Shown in pieces: positions 38,151 through 50,460 of a stretch of DNA of 64,000 bases. The notes under the pieces are model-generated. The model was not told where the DNA came from and ran no database searches. It saw nothing but the letters and a program-made list of their open reading frames with translations. This stretch comes from Octopus bimaculoides. Its lineage: Eukaryota. The stretch spans positions 55,793,238 through 55,857,237 of the forward strand of contig NC_068989.1 in the NCBI RefSeq assembly GCF_001194135.2, in the 5' to 3' direction. The position numbers were made by a program, and so were the translations under genes. Within the stretch, counting starts at the first letter, position 1, and the number at the start of each line of letters is the position of its first letter.

Positions 38151-40158
38151 GTATGCTGATGTCGTAAAAAATAATACTAAATAGTCTAAGGCAAAACAAG
38201 GTAAACTGTAATATAATATAATGTGTTAGTTTATGTACCAAGCTACATGAAATCCACACACTCTAACATTTCCAAGTCAAGTGGGAGTAAAAATAGTGAA
38301 GACACACAACAAAAAAAAATGCATCTTAATTTGGAAAGCAGTCACTATTAATTTCACAATATTTAAATTCTCTACTACACATTCCACAATATGTAAGGTT
38401 TTACTCTAAAGCACATGTGCATTTATGATAATATGCCCATATACATGCAAACAAATATCCATGAATTTCTCCAATTTGCAATTATAGAAAATATTTTGCA
38501 ATTATTTCATTTAATTTTTTTTTTAAAAGCAAATAATGAATTTTCAAAAAATTTCCCCAACTTCTGTTTTTTTTTGATGCCATTTAGCAGAAATTTCTCA
38601 CATTCTTTGTAGTCCTTCAGGGAATATATAATATTACATAACGTTAAGATATTTCTTCTTGGAAATGACTAAAATGAATTACTGCCAAATAACAGTTGAT
38701 GAAGCAGAGATATGTGCATGTGCATGATCACATGTATATACAAAGCAAAAGATGAATAATAATAAAATAAAATCACATCTGTTATTTATCATGCTGAAAT
38801 AGATTCAGAATTTCCAAATCTCATGATTTAACTTCAAGAAACTTGTATTTTGTTTTCCTTTCTTTTTCTTTTTTTTTGTATTTTTATAATTCTTATACAG
38901 CCAATATACATACTGTCACATAATCCGTGACAATATGACAAAAACAAATTCACATAGTTTCATACATATATTAGAATATCATAGCAGCATTTATTCTTTA
39001 TAAAGCATTGACAACCTTGCTGAAACTCATCTTTAATATGGTACGAATCAGTAGCAACCAGGCTATTTTTAAATATAAATAGTATATGAAAATATAAATT
39101 TTGTGTCCAAAAGTTTCAAGCTATAATAATCTTTTTTTCATTAACAAGCCAGCTATTTTAAGCCTCACTAACCTCATTAGAAAACTAGCCAAATCTGACC
39201 AATATGAGTGTCATTGCAATTTTTTTTAGATGATGATCATTGGCATTGTATGTGCTTATTCATGCATGAATGCATAGCCACAGCCCATAATTATTCCAGT
39301 TTACTTTCATTTTAAAATCCATGCTCTTACAACTCATTATTATTTTATTGTATCATATCATAAAAACTTCCCAGCATAACCTACTTTTTTAAAAATTTGT
39401 GCTCCTGCATGATTACTCAAGCATACCTAACCATTTTAGGAAAAGACACATTGAATAATAGATATATTGCTGGGTAATAATGCTTGCTTCTGTTTGCTTG
39501 CTGCTGCTAGTGCTCTTGTTTTGATGAGGGTGAGCTCATCTCAAGTTAGTGGTCCCAGAGACATCATGTGTAGAGCCCACCAGGTCTCTATCACTGGTGG
39601 TTCCATGCCAGTCTCTCCGCATCCAGCCGGGTACAATACACTCAAAAAAAAAAAGATGGTACCATCATGTCAGGAATGCCTAAGATCATTGGTCTGTTCA
39701 ATCAAGGCTGACTTGGTGGTAAACGACAACAACAATTTCTAAATGCTTTATAAATCACATAGAGGGGCAACATAGTTCTTTATTTATTCAACTAAGTCAT
39801 ACATTAAGCAAAATTTAAGAAATAATAATTATAAATCTCAAACAATACCCTTATTAACTATCATAGAAACAGAAAAGGAACTAAATGAGTTGCAACATCA
39901 ACACAGCGAAATACAGATGCCATCATTATAAAAATCATTTATGCAATATCAGTCTTGATGAGTTTAACCGTTAAAACAACTTTCAAACCAGTCTTGTCAT
40001 ACAAGCTGTTATAGAAACCACAGATTCAGTAACAAGATGGATCAACACTATTGACAGCACTCATCCAAAGTGACTGTGCTGTTTAATCTATGCCCAGCAG
40101 AGGACTTAAGCACTGCAAGCTAAAGAAATACTTATTCACTGTACAGTCATCTCAATCC

Positions 40159-40387
40159 TTAACCCTATAGCATTCAGATTATTCTGTCATATGTAATGAT
40201 TATTTATTCATGTTGCTTTGAATTTATCCTGCATTATCTCACAACTTTGAGATTACGATTATGTGACTGTTTATTTTTAGACTAACACTGTAGGGTAGAT
40301 GTGAAAGGCTGGATCTGGTCAGTTTAAACATAAAACAGGAAGAATATTTTGGCCTGATATGGCTGGTTTAAATGCTAAAGGGTTTAA
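40159..40387. mobile_element. piggyBac-type MITE
   Basis: ttaa|ccctatagcatt ... aatgctaaaggg|ttta; inverted relative of 17695-17922. Confidence 0.8.
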
Positions 40388-40804
40388 CTGATTGAGTTAC
40401 ACCTACTTATGGTGTCTTGTAAAGAGCTAAACGGATTGGTCTATGCTTGGCCTTAGTCAAAAGAGTAACACCAAAGGCACAATACAAACAATTTACATTC
40501 TGAGTAGCTTTATCTAACAATATATCAAAGCAGTGACAATGGGGTTGCTTCACTATCATCACCACAACTACTACCACTATTATTACTACCACTACTACTA
40601 CTGCTACTACCACCACTACTGCTGCTCTACCTAGCGTCAAGATTCTCACCACATGATATTCAATGCTTAAATTTCCTTCTCTTCAATCTAGTCATATATC
40701 TTCCATTCACATTCTATTCATATGCCAGAGTTAATATAATCTTGACTTTGATTTAGAACTTTGAAACTTTCTGGCATTGACATTTACAAATTATCTCTTA
40801 TCCC

Positions 40805-41375
40805 TTATCTTTTACTTGTTTCAGTCATTAGGCTGCAGCCATGCTGGGGCTCTGCCTTGAGGAATTGTAATCAAACAAATCAACCCCAGTACTTATTATT
40901 TTTTTTTATTTTTTTAAGCCTGGTACTTATTCTATCAGTCTCTTTTGCTGAACTGCTAATGTTATGGGGACATAAACTCAGCTGTCAAGTGATGGTGGGG
41001 GACAAACACAGACACAAAGATACACACACACACATATACAACAGTTTTCTTTTAGTTTCCCTCAATCAAATGCACTCACAAAGTTTTGGTCAGACCAAGG
41101 CTATAGCAGAAGTCTTAGCTCTCCTGTGTGATTCTTCTGTTCGGCATTCGCCATGATAGATCGCTGACCACTACATTTATATATTTTTTTCTCTCCTTGT
41201 TTCTTTCTGTAATCCTTTCAGTTGAAGAGCATAGCTCGAAATGTCAAAGACTTTCTCTATTCCCGAACGTTAAACTAATACATCCATTTGTTGTTTACAC
41301 CACCAGTCTTCGTCTGTTGTTTTTTTCGTAAATTCTCCTATAGCAGAAGTCACTTGCCCAAGGTGCCATACCTGT
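40805..41375 (-). mobile_element. SINE family A interrupted by a nested insertion
   Basis: Family A sequence resumes after the 41115-41337 insert. Confidence 0.75.
41115..41337 (+). mobile_element. Penelope-like terminal fragment
   Basis: Contains ttgaagagcatagctcgaaatgtc, similar to the Penelope-end motif as I recall it; bounded by a 14-bp direct repeat ctatagcagaagtc (41101-41114, 41338-41351). Confidence 0.6.
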
Positions 41376-42579
41376 GCCTACCTAGCTTTTTCCTTGTTCT
41401 TTTCTTTGTTAACTATAACCCTATTTTATTCTTTGTTAACTATAACCCTATTTTATTCATATTAGGGTTTCACAATACATAATTCATATGTAGTATTTTG
41501 GGATGAATTGTGTATAAAGGATTTTAGATAGAAGAATATATTTGCTATATGTAATGGATATCTCCAATTTCTTAATATATTGTCAATTTCAATCAATGTA
41601 GTGGTAAGGACAAAATTATTAAAACTCATGTTATATATTATTGATAATTATTAGCAAATGATTAATGATGAAAATTACTTTATTTTTGTTTGTTTTATTA
41701 TTATATCTTAAATCATCACTATATTTTCACCTATTTTACATGAAATAATACAAAAAGTTAGCTCACCATGTAGTAAGGGATAGTATAATGAATAGGGAAG
41801 ATTTAATCTCCATAGCCACTTAATTGATGGAGGAGCTATCCAGCTTTATCTGCACTAAAAATGCTTCTTGATAATTTTCTCCAATATTCTAAGGTAAGAT
41901 TTATTTCAGCAATATGAATATCAAAGTTGGTTTATGTTTTTTTATTTGTTTTTGTTCTTTTTGTTCTTTTTTTTTTCAAACGTTTGAATGTAGAAACAAT
42001 GTTTGACATCGCTTTCATAAAATTCAGTAGTTAAAGTATTTTCCGGCGAATATTTTAAATGAAAATGCATCTTAAACCACTTACACTCTTTGAAAACTCA
42101 TATTTCAGTTTACAAGTCCTCATTTAATGTATAACAATGTCAAAGAACAGCAGTGAAAGGAATGGTTTCCAGAAAGAGAACAGAATGAAATTTATTAAAA
42201 CCTTTCTCTTCCAAAATTTTTTGAAGAAACCGGACCTGAACATCCCAAGCCATCTTCATGACTAAAAACCCACTGATTATTTACTTTTGTTTATTCCAAT
42301 ACAAGCATTCTTTATAATAAATAGTAGAGACTTATTATTGTCTTAACTGTGAACAAAGGAGAAAAAAACAATACTCTGAATGAGATTAAAGCATTTTTGC
42401 TATAAATATAAAAATGGCTATTTAGTAAATTATATTTAACAAAATTTAAATAACTTTATGTTTCAGGTTTTGCATGTTTGTATAACATGCAGTTGGAGTA
42501 ATTATGCAAACTAGAAGCAAAGGGAAATTACTCAAGTGGGCCAATCACATGAATTTAAAAGATCAAAATACGAGGTGAT

Positions 42580-43400
42580 GTATATATAATGAAATTATTG
42601 TTTACAGTGCTCAGGTGCACTACAACTTGTCAAAAGTGAACATAAAGCATATGCAATATTGTACAAATGTCTGGAAAGTGAACAGTGTAGGAGTCAGATA
42701 CATGCTTGCGTGTGTATGGAGGGGAGAAAATCGGTTGTAATGTTGGCGTATCTCAGGAAGCATGGAAGTTTTGAAGGATGCAATGCTCCAACAACTAACA
42801 ACTGATGCCAGCAGCTTGTTCCATACTTCAGCAACTCTTAGTGTGAAAAAGTGTTTCCAAAAGTCATGGGAGCTGTGCTGTTTTCTGACTTTGTTAGACT
42901 GGTAGAGTTTGAAAAGGTGCTCAGAGTTATTGTTAGTAAGATGGTTAATAATTTTATGGGTGTCTGCCAAGTCAGTGTTTCAATGTATCCATGTCAAGGG
43001 AAGTAAGGCGTTCAGAATATGGCAAATGCCTGATGGAGGGTATTCTCTTGGTTGCACGTCGTTGAACGGTTTCCAGACGATTAATATCCTGGGCAAGATA
43101 GGGGTTCCAGACCGGAGACACAAATTCCAGGTGAGGCTGTACCATAGCTATATAAAGCCTCAGATAGATAGCCGGAGAGCAGCTCACAAAGGATTTGGTA
43201 AGTGATGCCAAGACATCTTCAGCCTTCTTGGCAATTTTAGCAATGTGTTTTGTCCAACACAAATCGCTGTCAACAATAATGCCCAGGTCACGTTCACAAG
43301 AAGACTTTTTGAGATTAGTGTTGCGGAGGGAGTAAGTAGACGCTGGGTTTTTCTTCTCAAAATGCATGGTGGTACATTTGTACTGAATGACATACACGAA
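42580..43400 (-). mobile_element. CR1-group LINE, 5'-truncated 3' portion
   Basis: ORF 42972..43397: ERDLGIIVDSDL...QPHLEFVSPVWNPYLAQDINRLETVQRRATK; downstream FFTLRVAEVWNKL. Confidence 0.9.
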
Positions 43401-44232
43401 AAATTTTAATGAATTGAAATCTGTCTCTTAGTTAATGATGTAAGACATAAAAAACGCCTCGTGACCATTATTAGTTTACCCCCACCCACTCAAGAAGAGG
43501 GGAGATAATTTTTAAGCACTTATAAAGCTATTTCACAGAAAATTGCATTTTTATGTTTAGTAGGAAAATCTTATCTTTGTTAGCAAACAAAGACAGAGCT
43601 ATAGACATGCTTCAAATTTATTAGATCTCATAGATATAGCAGAGAATTTTTGCTTTGTTTCTTTCTTTGGCGCTTTTTTTTTTTTTGTATTTTTCCTAGT
43701 TTGCTTTCATCAATGGACATTGATATTTTACAATTAGAAGAAGGTTTACAAGGAAAATGTTTAGCTAATTTGAATATTTCTAAAAGTGAGCATGCATTTT
43801 TTGCAGAGATCATTCAGTATATCATTTCCTTTCTGGAAATGGAGTAGTTTTGAGATAAAAATTTCATATTAGATAGATACAAGAACATTTTCATATATCA
43901 CTTGATAAAATAAGCTGTTGTTGTTTAAAAAAAACTGTCTAAATTTATGATTACCATGTTTGCCAGCATAAAAGATACACTTTCACAAAAGACACACCCC
44001 TATTTTCCAAGTGTATTTAGTGGAAAAAAAAAAAAAGAAAACAAATTTAGTATATATGATCATACACTTATTGAAAGGTATTTTAAAGTAATTTTGTTGA
44101 AGAAACTATGATTTCATGCACGTAAATACAATATGTGATGGTGTACAACTATAAATTTATCATATATAAGCCACTTAAATACAAGCATCCCTTTTGTGTG
44201 CATGTGTGTACAAATATACACACATGCACACA

Positions 44233-44263
<31 letters not shown>

Positions 44264-45084
44264 GCACACGCATGCATGCATGCACATGTGGTGTCTCCTT
44301 GCAGACAATTAATACAAGGGAGAGATAATGAGTTCTCCATAATATTTGGTGGGATTAGAAATTTGGATTTGAAATTAAGGAATAAGGAAGAAGATACATA
44401 AAATATATAGAGAGATTGAATAAACAGAAGAAATAGAACTCAATACATGAACATATATACTTTTTTATTATTTTCAATCAGCAGACAGTTACGAAAGTGA
44501 CTTGGGAGTTTTGCTTATGGCACTTATCAAAATGATTTCAAATCTAGGAGCATAAAGCAGGTTTAGCAACATAATCAGGCTAACAACATAATCAGGCTAA
44601 CAGCTATCTCATATTTTAAGGAATCAAGAATGAGTTTATTTTCAGTTTTTATGCAATTGTGTAGTTTATGATTACAATTAACATGTTATAATCATATTTG
44701 AGCTGTTATCTATATAATGGAAATTATAACTGTACAAAAATTGAAAGTTAATATTTTCAGTTATTAATTATTTATTTATTTACTTTGCTATGAAAATGGC
44801 TTACCATTTTTATTCACTAATGCCACATATCCAAATCATACAAGAGGAAAACAATAATTCATTTTGAGCCAAATTGATAGGACATTTGGATGGTTGGATG
44901 GTTTCACAGACTCAGATATTTGCATGAATGGTTTAAGCAGATGTTTCTATAGTTGGATAACTTTTAGCAACAAGAATTTTAAATTTGAAGTAGATGTGTT
45001 ATTTTTCCAGAACATAAATTAAGGAAGATAGTGCATTTTGTCTCAATAAACATCACTATTAGTCTTATCATAATCATCATAATC

Positions 45085-45430
45085 ATCATTTAACATCTGC
45101 TTTCCATGCTGGCATGGGTTGGATGGTTTGATTGAGGACTGGCAAGCAAGAAGGCTGTACCAAGCGGCTCCATTCTGATCTGGCAAGGTTTCTATAGCTA
45201 GATGCCCTTCCTAACACCAAACAGAGTGTAGTGGGTGCTTTTTACGTGCCACCAGCATGAGAACGAGTCAGGCAGCACTGGCAATGACCACGCTCAATTG
45301 GTGCTTTTTACATGCCACCAGCACAGGAGCCAGTGAGGCAGCACTGACAATAGCCATGCTTGAATGGTGCTTTTTATATATCACAGGTGCCAGTCAGGTA
45401 GTACTGGCATCAGCCTCAACAATGATTTCA
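45085..45430 (-). mobile_element. RTE 3'-UTR fragment with internal repeats
   Basis: catttaacatctgctttccatgctggcatgggttgg; three ggtgctttt.ac.tgccaccagca-like units. Confidence 0.8.
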
Positions 45431-45673
45431 CTTGATTCTAAGTAAAACATATTTGATATTTTTAATATGAGGCTGAAAATAATATAGAAAAGTAAATGGA
45501 TATTTGAAATCAAAATAATATATCATTTGAATATAATGTGAAAGAGTTCAAGCAAATTTGTTAACTATTTTACAATAACAAACAAATGCAGATTTCTAAA
45601 GAATCCTCATATTTCTAAAAATCTTCATACTTATAAGCAATATATTTTTTCAGAATTTCAATTTTTATTTATG

Positions 45674-45674
<1 letters not shown>

Positions 45675-45753
<79 letters not shown>

Positions 45754-45795
45754 GTGCGTGCTTGCATGCATGTGAGTGAGTGAGTGTGTGTGTGA
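45675..45795. repeat. Long (TG)n microsatellite
   Basis: Direct inspection. Confidence 0.95.
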
Positions 45796-46185
45796 TGTAG
45801 ACATATATACTGACAGCGATTTTGTCCAAAATCAGTCAAGTCGGGCTGACCCTACTGAAGAGGCTATGGCCTAAATCCAAAACTGTCCAGTCAGTATACG
45901 GAAATGTTGACTGCTGCTTTCAGGAGGTTACAGTCACTGCCATTACGTATGTATACAATTATGTGCTTTGACTGCAGCATTAGAGTGCTTTAGCTCTTAT
46001 TTCTAGCAGTGTAGGTATTCAAACACCCTTGGTCATATTTAATGACAATTATAATTTTTCTTTTTGGCAACACATTGCTAAACTGCTGCCTACATTAATT
46101 ATTTATATATATTACTGGGGTCGATGTAATCAACTTAGCACCCTCCAGCCGCCGAAATTGCTCACCATGTGACAAAATTTGAAAT

Positions 46186-46205
46186 CATTATTATTTTTAT
46201 TATTA

Positions 46206-46253
<48 letters not shown>
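46186..46253. repeat. (ATT)n tail of a truncated SINE family B
   Basis: Follows actggggtcgatgtaatc...aaatttgaaatc. Confidence 0.8.
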
Positions 46254-46254
<1 letters not shown>

Positions 46255-47157
46255 ATCATTAAATTTAGTATTCTCAGATTTAAGTGCCTTATTCTTGGCA
46301 GTAACAATGGTCAATTCCCTCTAGGTCTCTCCTTAACTGCAGTTAAGCCTTATAAACAACAGTAAGAAAACAATGCAAGTGTACATTGTCACCTACATCA
46401 ACCAATCAAAAGAACATTATGGCAAAAAGATAACTTACAACATGCTGTATGTACAACAGAGATAGATGTATAATGAGATGCTAAATATGAAGTAATGGGA
46501 GTAATGCACAATATTGATCCAACTTCAAAGTCCTTATGAGCTATCATCTGAATATATGGATATGTTGAACTCTGCTTCAGCTATCAGTTTGTTATATATA
46601 GTCGACTTTGTTTGAACTTTTTAGGAACGCATCTTCTTATGCCATCCTACTCTAACCACAGTTTTCCTCAGCTAGAAATTATGCTTGAGTCTCTCTTCCT
46701 TTCTTTTTTTTTCCCCTTTATTTTTTTCTTTTTTATTTTCTATCTCCCTTCTCTGTGCACACAGTTCAATGATTAAGAAAATTACTTCAGCTTGCTCATG
46801 ATTTAAGATCATTCAATGCTTCTGCTAGCATGGAAACTTAGTGAAATAACTTGGCACAGAATAATCAACCAAGCATGTATTTTCCAAGAGTTACCTACAG
46901 ACTATATATCACTCGGCAAGAGGCAGCAGCAGCAGCAGCAGCAAATAACAGTTCCAGTAGAAATTTGTTTCTCGTGTTAGTCACATGAGAAACAAATTTG
47001 TCAGGAAAAATAAAATTATCAATTCCATTTAGTTTTAAAGCAAACAATTTATTTATCCCATTCTAATTACTAAATCATACAGCTACAGTCATTTCTGTAT
47101 TTAAATTATTGAGGATATTTCATTGATTTCTCTTTTGATAATCTCTTGATAGATATA

Positions 47158-47598
47158 GGCACAGGTAAGGCTGTGTGGTAAGAAGTTTGCTTCCCAACCA
47201 AATGGTTCTGGGTTCAGTCCCACAGCACAAAACTTTGGGCAAGTCTTCTTTTCTAGCCCCAGGCTTACCAAAGCTTTGTAGGTGGATTTGATAGACAGAA
47301 ACTGAAAGAAGCCTATCATATATGTGTGTGAGACTGTCTCCTTGTCTTGATATTGCATTATAGTCATAAACAAGTGTCACTTTAATGGAAGCAGAGTCCT
47401 TCATTTCTAATCTTCTGTGAAAAATATGTTTGGTCATGAGGAAATATTGCCTTACTTAGAAATAGATGAGGGTTAGCTGCAGAAAATCTGCCTCAACAAA
47501 TTCTGTCCTGCCTATGCGAGCATAGAAAAGTGGACATTAAAACGATGATGATGATGGTGGTGGTGGTGAGGATGATGAGGATGATGATGATGATGATG
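47158..47598 (+). mobile_element. SINE with a family A head, a different body and an RTE-type (GAT)n tail
   Basis: Head ggctgtgtggtaagaag...gggttcagtccc...actgaaagaagcct; ends gcatagaaaagtggacattaaaacgatgatgat. Confidence 0.75.
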
Positions 47599-48366
47599 TA
47601 AATTGTGAATTCTATAAATCATTCATTTAGGGTACCACTGAACACCCTTGTCATTACAAAATGTTTTTAGGATTTGGTAGAGTTCATTCATTTTAAGTTA
47701 TACCTACAAACACAAAAAAGACACATCAATTTCAGTGCAATCACTGCTTACAGTAGTTTCTACCCAGGGATAGCTATATACAGGTAAGCAGTATAGTCCA
47801 AACACACAATGTCTTGATAATTCTATCACAATATTAACTGTCTGCCCTTCAGCTGATAGTGCACACTGTTACTTCAGCTCTCTGCATCTCTCTTGATATA
47901 TAAACATAACAATTAGTAACGAGTTACCTAGCATTCAAACATAAAAAATGTTAGCAATAAGGCAATTTGTCACAAAGGTCCAGCATTAATAAGATATCTT
48001 TGGATATCCACATTTATCCTTCTTATAATGATTATCTGTTATCACAATATTTTGCTTTTATAATATATCAGTATAAAGCTTCATACACAGTCTGTATGTA
48101 TCAGTATAAAGTTTGGAATACAGTTTGTTCTAAAGAACTGACTGTAACAAAGGACTAATTAAGATATTTTATAAAAATACATTCAGTGTGATACTTAGAA
48201 TATTAATGTTTTACTGTGAAATTTGTTCAACAATTTCCACTGATATATGAGAAATATAACATAAGTTAAAATGGAATAGACAGGACAAGACCAGGGAGAA
48301 GAGGAGACAAGAAGAACAGAAAGTTGCTAAAGAGGTTGCAGAATGTGCGACAAAAGAACTCTGACA

Positions 48367-48437
<71 letters not shown>

Positions 48438-48460
48438 TTATTATTATTATTATTATTATT
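48367..48460. repeat. Palindromic (AAT)23-G-(ATT)8 microsatellite junction
   Basis: AAT units 48367-48435, G at 48436, ATT units 48437-48460. Confidence 0.95.
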
Positions 48461-48679
48461 AGGAAGCAGGTGGAACCTCTCCATGTCCTGATCAATGATA
48501 CATCTAGTGATGATGTCACCATAAAAACACTGGTAATTGCGCAACCTGATAATCACTACCTCAAATGAGTGACAATGAAAAAAACAAAATATTGTGAATA
48601 ACGGTGTTATTTGAAACTGAAGCCACTGATAGTGACAGTGTTACACCCTGTTGGCTCAGAGATTCTGGTCCGGCTCCAG

Positions 48680-50460
48680 AATGGCATTGCATCGAATGTT
48701 GAGCAATTGCTTGGAAAAAGTATGTTGAATTGGAGGATGGACCTGACAGCATATGGAAGAAGTTTAGGGGCAGTAGAAATCAGGAGGGGCATCTTCCAAG
48801 AGGACTGCCTTTCCCCACTGATCTATGTACTGTGCATGATACTACTAACACTGATTCTGAGGAAAGCAAAGGCTGGGTATGTATCTAAGAGCCACCAACA
48901 AAAAGTCAACTACTTGTTATTCATGGATGACCTGAAACTTTATGGTAGAGATGAATCCCAAGTCAGTTCCCTAATTGATACAGTGTATACTTTCAGTGCT
49001 GATATCAGAATGGAGCTCAGACTAAGAAAGTGTGGTGTGTGAGTCTTGAAGAGAGGTAAAATCAAATGCTTGGACGAGCTAATGAGACCATCAGGGGAGG
49101 TTATGAAGCAGATAGAAGAGACGGGCTATAAGTACTTGGGGATTTGGGAAATCGATAAATTGATGGAGAAAGAAATGACAGAAAAAATTAAGGTGGAGTA
49201 CTTGCGCAGACTGAGAATGATCTTTAAGTCGAAATTAAACAGACAGAATAAGATTGAAGCTATCAACACCTGGGCAGTTTCACTCCTTATATATGGATCA
49301 GGGACATTAAATGAACTAAACAACTTAGACAAAAAGACAAGGAAGTTGCTAACTAGATATGGGACACTCCACTCAAAAGTGACACAGACAGACTGTATGC
49401 ACCAAGAAAAGGAGTGGGTAGAGGACTTATTGGATGTGAACACAGCATTAGAGCAGAAGAAAACAACATAGCATAGTATGTAAAAAATGCCACAGAACTG
49501 CTATTATTAGAAGTAAGAAGGTCATGCTTGTGTGGGATGAAAGATTGCAAAGATAAAGCATTGTACAAGCAATTGAAAACGAATGAAACTGAAAATAGGT
49601 GGGTAAAGAAAAGAATGCATGGACAATTTCATAGGGACGTTGAAGATAAGACAGACAGAGAAAAAAGATGGCTGTGGATGACTAAAAGTGATTTAAACCG
49701 AAAACGGAGGCTCTAATCTGCGCTGCCCAAGAGCAAGCACTAAGAACAAACTACATAAAATACAGAATTGACAACACAGCAGAAAGTGATAAGTGCAGAA
49801 TCTGTGGACAAAATGGTGAAACCGTATGGCATATTACCAGTCAATGTATGTCACCAGCCCAGAAGGAATATAAGAGACACCACAACAATATAGCAAGGCT
49901 TGTCTGTTGGACACTTTGCAACAAGTATGGACTTGACAGATAAATAAAATTGGTACGACCACAAACCTGAAGGCATCATCGAAAATGATGATGCAAAGAT
50001 CCTGTGGGATTTTATGATTCAGTGCAACCATGAGATAGAGAATAGGAAGCCAGACATAGTCTTAATTGAGAAAGAAAACAAACTATGCTGGATCATAGAT
50101 ATAGCATGCCCAGCTGACAACATGCTATGCGATAAGGAAGAAAGAAAAGTTGATAGATATGACAGGTTAGCTTGGGAGGTTAAGCAGTTGTGGTCAATGA
50201 AAAAGGTGGTAGTAGTACCAATAACTGTAGGAGCCCTGGGAACAGTGAGTAAAAATCTTGAGAAGTACATGGAACAAATAGGGGCTGCAATAAGGGTGGA
50301 GCACTTACAGAAAACAGTACTGCTTGGAACCGCTTGAATACTCCAGAAGGTACTCAAAAATAAGAGGTGTTACCTTAGTTCACTGGTAGTTAACAGCTGA
50401 CACCGTGGTATATCTCCAGTGTTGGAAGCCGTGCAAAGGCAATGATAATAATAATAATCA
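48680..50460 (+). mobile_element. R4/Dong-type RLE non-LTR retrotransposon, 5'-truncated and decayed
   Basis: RT motifs RRGIFQEDCLSPL, LLFMDDLKLY, YKYLG; CCHC knuckle CRICGQNGETVWHITSQC; RLE RKPDIVLIEK..IIDIACP..KEERKVDRY; C-terminus LQKTVLLGTA; short 3'-UTR then (TAA)n. Confidence 0.88.

Noticed and set aside
43650-43847. Plus-strand exon-like frame after a T-rich acceptor
   Set aside because: Isolated, with no recognisable domain or supported partner exons; the acceptor is only a poly-T run.
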